This document shows, one piece after another, positions 18,020 to 26,808 of a DNA stretch of 34,145 nt. The stretch comes from a virus (Duplodnaviria; Caudoviricetes): positions 1 to 34,145 of IMG/VR virus record IMGVR_UViG_3300020200_000088. One strand, given 5' to 3'. The notes under the pieces were generated by a model. It did not search any database. It was not told where the DNA came from and saw only the letters and a program-made list of their open reading frames with translations. How positions within the stretch are numbered: the first letter of the stretch is position 1; every line of letters begins with the position of its first letter. Position numbers and translations under genes: made by a program.

Positions 18020-18475
18020 TCAACTGCGTTTAGCTAGCTGGAAAAGCAGGTTTCCAACAAAAGCTAACACAGATAATGCAAGTGCCCAATAAATGTTGGC
18101 AAGACGCTTACGTAAATTAATAAGAGCAGTTAGTTCTTCTAGTTGCTTACCAGCAATGCTCTCAATTGCCGTTTGGAATTTTTTTAGGTCTTCGACCTCT
18201 TCCTTTACCGTAGGAAGTTCATTACACTTCTTATCCAAATCCTTGATGTTGGTATCAAGCTTGCTTTCAATGGCTTTAACACGAGAGAACAAACCTACGT
18301 CTGGGTCATACAAAGCTTCTGAAACCTTGTCGAGCTTAACTCCGCTTTTTGCTTGTTCTTCTTGTATGTGCTCTATCATTACACAAAGCTTTTCGAAACC
18401 ACCATTTAAAGCGTAGCTATCGCTTACTTTTTTAACAAGCAGCTCTAACAGTTCTCTCTCAGAATTTGTAGCCAT
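18020..18475 (-). CDS. Coiled-coil protein with C-terminal transmembrane helix
   Basis: 151 aa; IYWALALSVLAFVGNLLF; GAGG RBS; TATTTA at 18494-18499. Confidence 0.7.
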   Translation of the reverse strand: MATNSERELLELLVKKVSDSYALNGGFEKLCVMIEHIQEEQAKSGVKLDKVSEALYDPDVGLFSRVKAIESKLDTNIKDLDKKCNELPTVKEEVEDLKKFQTAIESIAGKQLEELTALINLRKRLANIYWALALSVLAFVGNLLFQLAKRS

Positions 18476-18522
18476 TATCGCACCTCTTTGATATAAATAG
18501 TCTTATATAAAGAGTAAAGTTA

Positions 18523-19893
18523 ATGAACCATAATACTTTTGTTGAGAAAAATAACACACAAAAAAACTTGGCCGCTTGTCTAGAAAAGCTAGAAACTAAC
18601 TTGGACAAAATCAGTCTTGCTGTTTCAACGCAAAACCAATCTTATCTACAAAAAGATTCTTACCAACTTATTGCAAAACTATTGACTCCAAATAATGCTT
18701 GGGAACGTATGCTTTATCAAGAGTTAATCCAAACTTGTTATCAGCTAGAACTTAAATGCCACAACACAAGCAACTTATTCCTACGTTCGTTTATCTCTCA
18801 TGCATATCAACATATCAAGAGTGAAAACCTAACACATAAAGAAGTAGTGGAACATAACCAAGAAGAGGGAGGGGAGTACCTTCAAAGAATATTACGTTGT
18901 TGTTATCCGGCTGATTCATCTCAGATAGAGAATCTAATCGATCAAGTTACTGATGATTTGTACATGGCTTCAGCAGTTAAAGAAGCCATTAAGCTAGCTG
19001 GAATCGAAGGAAACATTGTACTAGAGGAGCACGACCAACCTAACACTATAGTGGAGTTACAGTTTGGATATAACTTCAAGCTATATCCATTCAAAGGATT
19101 AATTCCTGCTTTTGGTACATGGACAAGAACCAATGCAAAAGTGTTGCTTGTTGATGGTATGGTTGAAAAGGTTTCTGAACTTGATAAGGTGTTGAGTAAA
19201 AGTTTCGAAACCAAAATGCCTTTGGTGTTTGTTGCTCAAGGATTTTCTGAGGAAGTTATTGCAACCATTCATGCAAACAATACCAGAGGTAGCTTTGATA
19301 TCATGCCTATACGGTTAGAGCAATCATTGGAAGCACTGAATATGCTTAATGATATCGCTGTGGTATCTGGATGTGATGTTGTGTCTACTCTTAAGGGCGA
19401 GCTATTAACTTACATAAACTATGATGATCTTCCAGTTGTAGACAAAGTATCTCTCACCGAAAAAATTCTTACCATTCACAACAACAAAACAAGAGGAAAT
19501 GTTATTGCTCATTTAAACTATCTTGATACAAGACGAAAAGACCAAGCAGACAGCACTAAAATTTCTGACCTTACAGACTTAACAACCAAACGCATTCAAA
19601 ACCTACTTGCTCACATTGTCAAGATAAGCATCCCCAGAACCTCTGCAAACCGTTTTAAAGCCTGTGTAGACAACGCAATCAGGGCTTGTAGGACTGCCTA
19701 TACCTACGGCTTCTGCAAGCCATTAGAAATCGATTTAAAGGGCTTGTCAAAGGATTGGCAAAATGCTCACAGCCGTATGAATAAAAACAACAATCCAGTG
19801 TCAAGTATTGGACTGTATCTTGCAGCGATGTATGGAGCTAGTTTGGCTGGGAGTTACTTTACAGCTTCTGGAGTAATTATCTCAGATGCTTAG
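18523..19893 (+). CDS. Degenerate GroEL/Cpn60-like chaperonin
   Basis: EAIKLAGIEGNIVLEE, PLVFVAQGFSEEV..N..RG, LNDIAVVSG match intermediate/apical regions; GDGTTT absent. Confidence 0.8.
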   Translation: MNHNTFVEKNNTQKNLAACLEKLETNLDKISLAVSTQNQSYLQKDSYQLIAKLLTPNNAWERMLYQELIQTCYQLELKCHNTSNLFLRSFISHAYQHIKSENLTHKEVVEHNQEEGGEYLQRILRCCYPADSSQIENLIDQVTDDLYMASAVKEAIKLAGIEGNIVLEEHDQPNTIVELQFGYNFKLYPFKGLIPAFGTWTRTNAKVLLVDGMVEKVSELDKVLSKSFETKMPLVFVAQGFSEEVIATIHANNTRGSFDIMPIRLEQSLEALNMLNDIAVVSGCDVVSTLKGELLTYINYDDLPVVDKVSLTEKILTIHNNKTRGNVIAHLNYLDTRRKDQADSTKISDLTDLTTKRIQNLLAHIVKISIPRTSANRFKACVDNAIRACRTAYTYGFCKPLEIDLKGLSKDWQNAHSRMNKNNNPVSSIGLYLAAMYGASLAGSYFTASGVIISDA

Positions 19894-20478
19894 AACGGTT
19901 TGTGCTAGTTGATTATATGTTTCGTTCGAAACATAAAGACGCATTGCAGGAACGCTTTCACAAAGATCTTTAAGGCCACGCATTGGTAGGTTTGAAAGTT
20001 CTGTTGCAAGTGTTTTTACAACAGGATCAACGTTACCTTCCATAAGCTTGTATGCTTGTGACTTCTTGATACAGAACTCTAAAAGTTGAGTTGCATCTTT
20101 TTTGTATACTGAATGCAAAGACTTGTTTGCAGCTACTTTTTGTGACATTAGTTTAACTGCTTCATTAACACACTTGTTTAATGATTCACAAACAAAAGTG
20201 TAGTTTATCATTGCAGCTTTGATGGCCGTTGGTTGTGCTTTACCTTCCAGAAGAACACTTGAGTTTTGTTGTACAAACATATACAAGGTTGGTACGTGTT
20301 TTTTGAAACGATTGGCAACTTCTTCTAGTTGCTCAATTTTTTCTGCGGCGTTTACAGCTTCAGAGCTTTCCTTGAGAAATACATCAAAAGGATATACACC
20401 TTTTTCTAAAAGGCTTAGACGTGCTTCCATGAGACGGTTGGATTCGTGATTGGTAAAAGCTTGTTTAAATGTGGCCAT
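19882..20478 (-). CDS. Hypothetical helical protein (RLMEA, LLEG, LMEG motifs)
   Basis: 198-aa ORF, GGAG RBS, TACTTA at 20500-20505. Confidence 0.7.
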   Translation of the reverse strand: MATFKQAFTNHESNRLMEARLSLLEKGVYPFDVFLKESSEAVNAAEKIEQLEEVANRFKKHVPTLYMFVQQNSSVLLEGKAQPTAIKAAMINYTFVCESLNKCVNEAVKLMSQKVAANKSLHSVYKKDATQLLEFCIKKSQAYKLMEGNVDPVVKTLATELSNLPMRGLKDLCESVPAMRLYVSNETYNQLAQTVLSI

Positions 20479-20563
20479 GATAACTCCAGAGTTTGGTTAT
20501 AAGTAGCTACTTTTGAACAAAACCATTTCAAAATCTTAACTGTGTGATATACTGGTACAAGTT

Positions 20564-21265
20564 ATGCAAATAAAGCAGAAAAACCCGATATCATTTGACG
20601 AGCTTATTGAACTGGATAAGCAGCGTCAAGCTGAAGAAAAGATTGCTGCTGTTAAATCTCCTGCCCGAGAGAAAACTCTAAAGGAGAAAGAGCAAGATCC
20701 TAACAATGAAAAGGATTATCGTGACAAGTATTATTTGCCTGTTCTAAATATTAATCAAGCGCAAGAATGGCAAAGTAAACCGTTAAACGAGCGAAAACAC
20801 TTTACGGATGAAGTGGCAATTGCTACCTGTCTTGGAAACTGTTGTGGTGTACCCGGTCTTAAAGGTGCATGTTGTCACTTAGATCCAATTGATCTTGAGC
20901 ACGTTCTTGGTCCTGTTGATGAAGATTGGATTAAAGATATCGTTAAATGGTTTAGAAAAAAGGGTTTGAACTATTCACGACAAGATATTGTTGTTGATTA
21001 TGAAGAAGGAGTTGTTATTGGTGATACCTTGTTTAAAGATGCACCAAACAACCAAGTCTTCAAAGACAAAAAAGCTTATCCATTTTTAAGATTCCAAGTA
21101 ATTGGTCCAAGATATATTTGCAAATTCATGAATCCAACAACATACAAGTGTCAGATTTATGAAGCTAGGCCGAATATGTGCCGCACCTACTACTGCCAAT
21201 ATATTGTATCAAACTTCCTAGTAAAGACCAAAGAACACCCAAATCGCTGGCAGAAACTGAGGTAG
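20564..21265 (+). CDS. YkgJ-family (CxxCxxCC-type) zinc/Fe-S cluster protein
   Basis: C..NCC...GACC and CKF...CQIYEARP.MCRTYYC. Confidence 0.8.
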   Translation: MQIKQKNPISFDELIELDKQRQAEEKIAAVKSPAREKTLKEKEQDPNNEKDYRDKYYLPVLNINQAQEWQSKPLNERKHFTDEVAIATCLGNCCGVPGLKGACCHLDPIDLEHVLGPVDEDWIKDIVKWFRKKGLNYSRQDIVVDYEEGVVIGDTLFKDAPNNQVFKDKKAYPFLRFQVIGPRYICKFMNPTTYKCQIYEARPNMCRTYYCQYIVSNFLVKTKEHPNRWQKLR

Positions 21266-21339
21266 TTTGTAAAACGCCCCCTCTCTACTATTAGTGGGGG
21301 GTGGGTTTAGAAAAAATATACGCATGAAAGAGCAATAAT

Positions 21340-21825
21340 ATGAGAACGTGGAAAGACGCAGATGGAAAAGAAATAAACGATGAAGCATTTTATGCTTGGG
21401 TTAGCTCTTCAAAAAACAAGCTTGAAAGAGATTCAGAGCTTATTGTTGGAGTTGATTCTCATTTGCACGGTTGGACATATCGGTTTATTACTGTGGTTTG
21501 TCTTTATCGTAAGGGTAGAGGTGGATTTTACTACTACCACGTTTCCGAGCAAGCACGCAAAGAGTTCAAGGGTACTTACCCAGTAAGAGTTAAAGCTAGA
21601 ATGTTTCATGAAATAACTTTGGCTATTGAACTCGCTACTGAGATTTTAGAAACAACTGGATTAACACCAGTTGTACATTTAGATGCATCACCTTCTAATG
21701 CTGGTGAACTAACTTCTATGTTTTCTGATCAATTAAAAGGTTATGTTGCAGCATCAGGTTTCGAGGCTGTTCTTAAACCTTGGAGCTTTGTTGCTTCTGG
21801 TGTCGCAAATAAGCACACAAAATAA
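21340..21825 (+). CDS. RNase H-like YkuK-family (DUF458) protein
   Basis: VGVDS, RMFHE, VHLDA, KP.SFVAS.VANKH motifs. Confidence 0.82.
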   Translation: MRTWKDADGKEINDEAFYAWVSSSKNKLERDSELIVGVDSHLHGWTYRFITVVCLYRKGRGGFYYYHVSEQARKEFKGTYPVRVKARMFHEITLAIELATEILETTGLTPVVHLDASPSNAGELTSMFSDQLKGYVAASGFEAVLKPWSFVASGVANKHTK

Positions 21826-21875
21826 TGATACATTGTTGGACATATGAAAAAACAATATAGCAACGGAGACATTCT

Positions 21876-22199
21876 ATGAGTGAGCAAAGAGCAAAGCTTG
21901 ATACCATAATTGAACGTGAAGTTCATCGTTTGGTTAAATCTATTTCTGAAGGTGTATATGACAGCGTTCAATTGTATGCACGCAAAAACAATCTGCCTGT
22001 TGAACCCGAAGTTCTAACGCATATTCTTAAAACTGTGCAAATCGTTATTAGCGAATACGAACTTAAGAACATCGATTCATTTCATAACAACATCAAGCGT
22101 CAACTGGATGATTATGTTGGTGATGAGAACCCTGCTCCAGCATTGGTGGAGGCTTCAGTTCCCAATTCAAAAAAAATAAAAGCGGCAGCATCGGTCTGA
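21876..22199 (+). CDS. Hypothetical protein
   Basis: 107-aa ORF with GGAG RBS. Confidence 0.7.
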   Translation: MSEQRAKLDTIIEREVHRLVKSISEGVYDSVQLYARKNNLPVEPEVLTHILKTVQIVISEYELKNIDSFHNNIKRQLDDYVGDENPAPALVEASVPNSKKIKAAASV

Positions 22200-22241
22200 T
22201 ATTGTTTACATTTCTTTTTATCTGGGTTGTTTACTGCCGCT

Positions 22242-22700
22242 ATGCTTGAATCTATTAAACACCTAATAACTTGCAACTGTATTCTTCGTCAGTATGAAGA
22301 AGTAGACCCACCGGTTTTTCATAAATTCGTTGTATTTTCTGTTATCAGCTCAAATGGCAGCATTAAACCATCATATGCAAAATGCAACAACTGCGGTGCA
22401 ATCCACAAAGTAATAGAAGTTGGATCGTCACAACGAATCAAAAAAGAAGACAGTCACTTGGTTCCAGATATAGAAGAAATCAAATCCAGTCTGCCAGAAA
22501 AACTTATTGCCTTATTGGTTAAATACGATTTAGATACTCCAACATGGCAACATATCAAGTTCAACTACGAGAATGAAAAATGGGATCGGCCTGTGATTTT
22601 ACATAAAGAAAATCAAGGTGAAGAATCCCAAGGAAAGTATTTGCTGATGGCTGGTAAAACACTTTGGAAGATTGAAAGCTTTTCAACGGAGGATGTATGA
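22242..22700 (+). CDS. Hypothetical zinc-binding protein (CxC...CxxC)
   Basis: KHLITCNC...CNNCGAIH; ATG 22242 preferred over TTG 22227. Confidence 0.7.
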   Translation: MLESIKHLITCNCILRQYEEVDPPVFHKFVVFSVISSNGSIKPSYAKCNNCGAIHKVIEVGSSQRIKKEDSHLVPDIEEIKSSLPEKLIALLVKYDLDTPTWQHIKFNYENEKWDRPVILHKENQGEESQGKYLLMAGKTLWKIESFSTEDV

Positions 22701-23014
22701 GTAAGTTTGTTGATATGTTGACAGATGAAACAGAAGTGATTCAAGATGAAGCTTATGTTGTTCCAAACTATGTTGAAACAAAGCTTTCAAAGGAAAAACG
22801 TTTGCAATGCCGTGGAATCGTAAAAACAATCAACGACTATGGTGTGTCTCAACGTATGAAACTATTTCTCATTTATCTTTTAGCACTTGAACTAGAAAAT
22901 CGTGATTCAATGCTAAAGATTGCCAAGGTTGTTGGCGAGTGTAAAGACACAATCGAAGACAGCAAACTTATTGTTGCAGATAAAGAGCCAGCTAAGAAAC
23001 TTATTCTTGGCTAA
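22697..23014 (+). CDS. Hypothetical protein
   Basis: 105-aa ORF, GGAGG RBS, ATGA overlap. Confidence 0.75.
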   Translation: MSKFVDMLTDETEVIQDEAYVVPNYVETKLSKEKRLQCRGIVKTINDYGVSQRMKLFLIYLLALELENRDSMLKIAKVVGECKDTIEDSKLIVADKEPAKKLILG

Positions 23015-23772
23015 AGAACAAACGGAAGCTTTGATCCATTTGATTCCCATTCTGATATAAGAGTAGCAATCACATTCAAACTTAGTATACCTGTTGGTAG
23101 TTGATGCCTGATAGCATACGCATCACAAGCTGTTTGACTTTTTGCTCCCCATTTTCCATCAACCTTTACTCCTAAAAGATATTGAACTACACGTACTTGT
23201 GCTGTATGCACAACACTCTCCCAATCCTTTACGCTCTTGTCTGGATTAGCTTGAGTAACTGGACCTTTATATCCAGCAAGACACAACTCTTTAAACCAAG
23301 ATATATCATTTTGCCAAAATACTTGACCTGTTTTGTTATACCTTGTCATCACAAGGTTAGGAACACTTGGAACAAATCTTTCAAGCCATTCTGAATAGAA
23401 GTGTGATGGGTCTGTATAACCACGGTAATATACAACTTCTGCATCTCCAGAAGCTACATGACCAGCAGCTTGCCACCAAGGAGCACTTCTTCCTTTGTGT
23501 CGTTTGTAGTTGTAAGCATAATCCTTGTTGATTTTCCAGCCTCCCATATTATAACCTTTCCAACTTCTACCCCATCCAGTTTCCACAATGCTATTGCCTA
23601 TAACCCAAAAGATTTGTTCTGTTGTTAGACCAGAGCTGCATTTATGCAAAGCTTTGTAAGACGTTAAGATAAACACGATACTTTTGGTAATATCGTCAAG
23701 TTTTTTATAACCTTCTGGTTGATCGTTGTTTTTGATTTCTGTGGCTGGATCTAGCCATGACGGTGTTTGCAT
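23011..23772 (-). CDS. Putative GH73/FlgJ-like peptidoglycan glycosidase with C-terminal PG-binding motif
   Basis: ETGWGRS...YNMGGWK resembles the ESGWG..NLFGIK signature; LGVKVDGKWGAKS. Confidence 0.65.
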   Translation of the reverse strand: MQTPSWLDPATEIKNNDQPEGYKKLDDITKSIVFILTSYKALHKCSSGLTTEQIFWVIGNSIVETGWGRSWKGYNMGGWKINKDYAYNYKRHKGRSAPWWQAAGHVASGDAEVVYYRGYTDPSHFYSEWLERFVPSVPNLVMTRYNKTGQVFWQNDISWFKELCLAGYKGPVTQANPDKSVKDWESVVHTAQVRVVQYLLGVKVDGKWGAKSQTACDAYAIRHQLPTGILSLNVIATLISEWESNGSKLPFVL

Positions 23773-23775
23773 TTG

Positions 23776-24012
23776 TTATTTCTCCACGGCCACGAGGCGT
23801 TTGTCTTGGCCGTTTTCTTTGATAATAACTACTCCACTAAAGGAGTTGTGCGTATAATTCTCGGTATATACACCACCAATAATTTGTCTGTCTAACTTTG
23901 TTTGCTTGTTGCCGGATGGATCTTCAAAGTGAACAAAATGACTTATTACCTCTTGATAATAACCATCTTTACGTTTGTGATAACTTTTTTCAATACTAGG
24001 CCATATCTTCAT
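23776..24012 (-). CDS. Hypothetical protein
   Basis: 78-aa ORF with AGGAG RBS. Confidence 0.7.
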   Translation of the reverse strand: MKIWPSIEKSYHKRKDGYYQEVISHFVHFEDPSGNKQTKLDRQIIGGVYTENYTHNSFSGVVIIKENGQDKRLVAVEK

Positions 24013-24081
24013 GTTTATAACTCCTATTGGTTATAGAGTAATATGTATAGTGTGTAGCATTTTGTTACTGGAACACAACAT

Positions 24082-25149
24082 ATGATTCTTTTGCAGCGTA
24101 TCTTATTCGAAGACATAGAAACCAAAGGTTCAACATATGAAACACAAGTTATTGATTCTTTGGCTGCTTCTGGTTTAGCTTTTGGTGATGGGGGCGTGGC
24201 AGGTTCCAATCGATATACAGAAGACGCAGCATTCACTCTACATGATAGTGATGGTAACGAAATTGGTCCATTTAAGCTTGAGTTGAAAAAAGACTTTAAA
24301 GCTCAACTTGGAGGTAGCAGTTGGGATATATCTGATCCAAAAAATGTAAGATTTCTTGCCAGTGTAGGTTCAAGCCGAGCAATGGTAAAAGCCCATGATG
24401 AAATGAAAGAAGTTTTGGAACAAGCTCTTGGCACAGGTGGTATTTTAAAACGTTTACGTAGATTTTTAAAGAATTTCAAAGCTGGAACACATGAAATAAA
24501 TGGCAGAACATTTAAAGAAACCAAACAAGGCGAGGCTTATAATCTTGCTGGAGATGGTTTAAAGTGTACTCGTCTTGCTTGGGCAGCAGCACAAGCAAAC
24601 AATCTTTTATTCAACTATGATGTTGTTGCTCACTCAAAGTTTATGACAACGTTATACAGTCAGAAAACTACATACTATGCACAAATCGGTGGCAAAGAAA
24701 ACGACCATCGTGGATTGTATATTCTTGGACATGATCCTGCAAACCTTGCAGCTATAGGAGTTCCAAGACTATCAAGTCTTGCAGCAAAAAATAAGTTTTT
24801 CATTGAAATGAGATCAACGCCGGGAGGCAGCGGAACATATCTTTATGTTCGCATACGTTGTCAAGGAAGGTTGATTGTAACAACTCCAGTACCCAAAGAT
24901 TATTCTCCATTCACTCTAGATACACCAGAAGGTGCAAAACACTTCGCTCAAACTTATATGGAACAATTACCACCAAGAAGAGCTTATCTTCAAAAAGAAA
25001 GCGTCGAAACAAATAAAGCTTTTGAAGATGTTGAGATTATTAGCATGAATCCTTCAGAAGAACCGTTAGAAGATGGCACGGAAGCTTTTACCCCAGATAA
25101 TATCAACCTTGGTTGGTTAGCTCAAGGCGGATATACTCCAATCACTTAA
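24082..25149 (+). CDS. Putative PD-(D/E)xK nuclease-like protein with ILFED leader and acidic tail
   Basis: YE...D...ELK spacing resembles the restriction-endonuclease fold; function inferred. Confidence 0.5.
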   Translation: MILLQRILFEDIETKGSTYETQVIDSLAASGLAFGDGGVAGSNRYTEDAAFTLHDSDGNEIGPFKLELKKDFKAQLGGSSWDISDPKNVRFLASVGSSRAMVKAHDEMKEVLEQALGTGGILKRLRRFLKNFKAGTHEINGRTFKETKQGEAYNLAGDGLKCTRLAWAAAQANNLLFNYDVVAHSKFMTTLYSQKTTYYAQIGGKENDHRGLYILGHDPANLAAIGVPRLSSLAAKNKFFIEMRSTPGGSGTYLYVRIRCQGRLIVTTPVPKDYSPFTLDTPEGAKHFAQTYMEQLPPRRAYLQKESVETNKAFEDVEIISMNPSEEPLEDGTEAFTPDNINLGWLAQGGYTPIT

Positions 25150-25957
25150 TCAATAAATCGATAGGTCTTGATACCCATAAACCATATGCCTTGCCAGACG
25201 TTTTTAAAGCCCTTACAGTGGCAGGGCCGGGAACACCATCACAATCCTTGTCAGCAAACCCCAAAGCCTTCTGACGAGCCTTCCAGACCGCTTTATCGTC
25301 GTCTCCATCAAAGGCATAGGTTTCATATCCAGCAGCTTTCAAAGCAGCAGGAAGCCATGGACCACAATCCCCATACCCTCTGTTTGTGGTTTGATGAGAG
25401 TGGGAATAAATACCAATCACATCTTTACCACTGTTCGGACCAGCAATACGTTTTACAATTCCTTTTGGAGAACAATTGTTTTTCATATCCCATGGAATCT
25501 GACGCTGAATACCAAGTTTAGCTGTTAGAAAGTCAATAAACTCCACAGCTTTGTCAATCTGACCTTCGTAGAGATCTCCATTGTCATGTTGGACTAGTTC
25601 AAAGCCGCAGGTATAACCGTTAACGCTTGTTGCTTGCCATGTATATGATTTCAACGGATCATTTTGGATAAGCCATTCACCGTTCATGTCACAGGTAAAG
25701 TCCCATGAGACTTCACGGGTTGTGTTCACTTGATACTTTGCTTGAGCAATATCGATGCTTGTATCTGGACCTAAACCTGGAAGAAGCTTGCCAAGTTTGC
25801 CATGGATGGTATGACATACGATACCACGAACCCATGTGTTGCGTTGGCTTTTGTGTGATACTTCTTTTAGACCAAGAGCTTGTGCTTCTGGATCTTTCCA
25901 AGATACGGTTTTGACACCGGGAATTTGAATCAGTTGTTCATTTAGGATTATAGACAT
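25142..25957 (-). CDS. N-acetylmuramoyl-L-alanine amidase (Amidase_2-like) endolysin with PG-binding tail
   Basis: IVCHT, TWQATSVN..TCGFEL, YSHSH..GDCG, DGVPGPATVRAL; AGGAGG RBS. Confidence 0.82.
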   Translation of the reverse strand: MSIILNEQLIQIPGVKTVSWKDPEAQALGLKEVSHKSQRNTWVRGIVCHTIHGKLGKLLPGLGPDTSIDIAQAKYQVNTTREVSWDFTCDMNGEWLIQNDPLKSYTWQATSVNGYTCGFELVQHDNGDLYEGQIDKAVEFIDFLTAKLGIQRQIPWDMKNNCSPKGIVKRIAGPNSGKDVIGIYSHSHQTTNRGYGDCGPWLPAALKAAGYETYAFDGDDDKAVWKARQKALGFADKDCDGVPGPATVRALKTSGKAYGLWVSRPIDLLIK

Positions 25958-25961
25958 AAGA

Positions 25962-25993
25962 AAACCTCCTGCCAGATAACTAGCAGGAGGTTT
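25962..25993 (-). promoter_or_regulatory. Terminator-like hairpin sequestering the endolysin RBS, with TAGTTA in the loop
   Basis: 11-bp stem AAACCTCCTGC/GCAGGAGGTTT; motif at 25977-25982. Confidence 0.7.
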
Positions 25994-26016
25994 ACATTTA
26001 GTTTAGGTTATAAGAA

Positions 26017-26508
26017 TCAGGTACCTGAGAGAAGACCTGCGATAGAACCGCTTGCTCCAATAACAAGAAAGTTTGCGCCGTCTGATACAAGTGCTACTGA
26101 TGCATTGCCAACTGTTGCTGAACCGAATGGAGCAGCGACTGGGAAGGTAAGAGCTGAACCACGAGCTGTGTTTGATCCGCTGGCAAGAGCAGCAAAAACT
26201 CTTGTTCCGTTTGCTTCTTGTGAGCCGGTGAGGACGTGGGCGTGATTGCTGATTGAGCGAACCACGAACATTGAGCCGGGGCAGCTAGCTGCGGTTGGCA
26301 TTACAAACGTTAAAGGTGAACCAGAGCCACCGCTGCCGGAAATGGTGATAACACCAGCTTGTGACAAACTGATTGTTCCTGCTGTTGACAAAGCTACTAC
26401 TTGGGTCTTGAGGCCACCGACAGTTATTGTGCCTGCTGTTGTTGATCCTGCTGCATCAATTGTTGAAACTACGCCTAGTGTGGAATCGATTGTTGTTGAA
26501 ATTGACAT
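26017..26508 (-). CDS. Small beta-rich virion (decoration/fibre-like) protein
   Basis: 163 aa, Ala/Gly/Ser/Thr-rich, LVSDG motif; AGGAGG RBS, TATTTA at 26547-26552. Confidence 0.6.
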   Translation of the reverse strand: MSISTTIDSTLGVVSTIDAAGSTTAGTITVGGLKTQVVALSTAGTISLSQAGVITISGSGGSGSPLTFVMPTAASCPGSMFVVRSISNHAHVLTGSQEANGTRVFAALASGSNTARGSALTFPVAAPFGSATVGNASVALVSDGANFLVIGASGSIAGLLSGT

Positions 26509-26575
26509 GTTTAAATCCTCCTATACCTTTTCTTTAGGTTTGTGAATAAATATAGCGTTTTCTAGAAAAAACCGA

Positions 26576-26743
26576 TTAAGTTCCTCCCAAGCCACTTATT
26601 TGACTGTTACCAGTATTGATTTTACCTACAACAGTATTTCCAAATGTTCTCCAAGCCACAATGCCAACAACAGCAATCAACATGAGAATAATCACATATT
26701 CAATTGTTGAAAGACCTTCGTTGTTCTTTATTAATTTTTTCAC
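26576..26743 (-). CDS. flp: Flp/Tad-family type IV pilin (55 aa)
   Basis: Not in ORF track. MKKLIKNNEG|LSTIEYVIILMLIAVVGIVAWRTFG...: basic leader, Gly at -1, E5-Y6, hydrophobic helix; GTG start with upstream AAGGA. Confidence 0.85.
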   Translation of the reverse strand: MKKLIKNNEGLSTIEYVIILMLIAVVGIVAWRTFGNTVVGKINTGNSQISGLGGT

Positions 26744-26808
26744 TTGAACTCATCCTTTTTCCGATGTTTTTCATGCCACAACTGCAATAAGGAATATACT
26801 TATAACGT

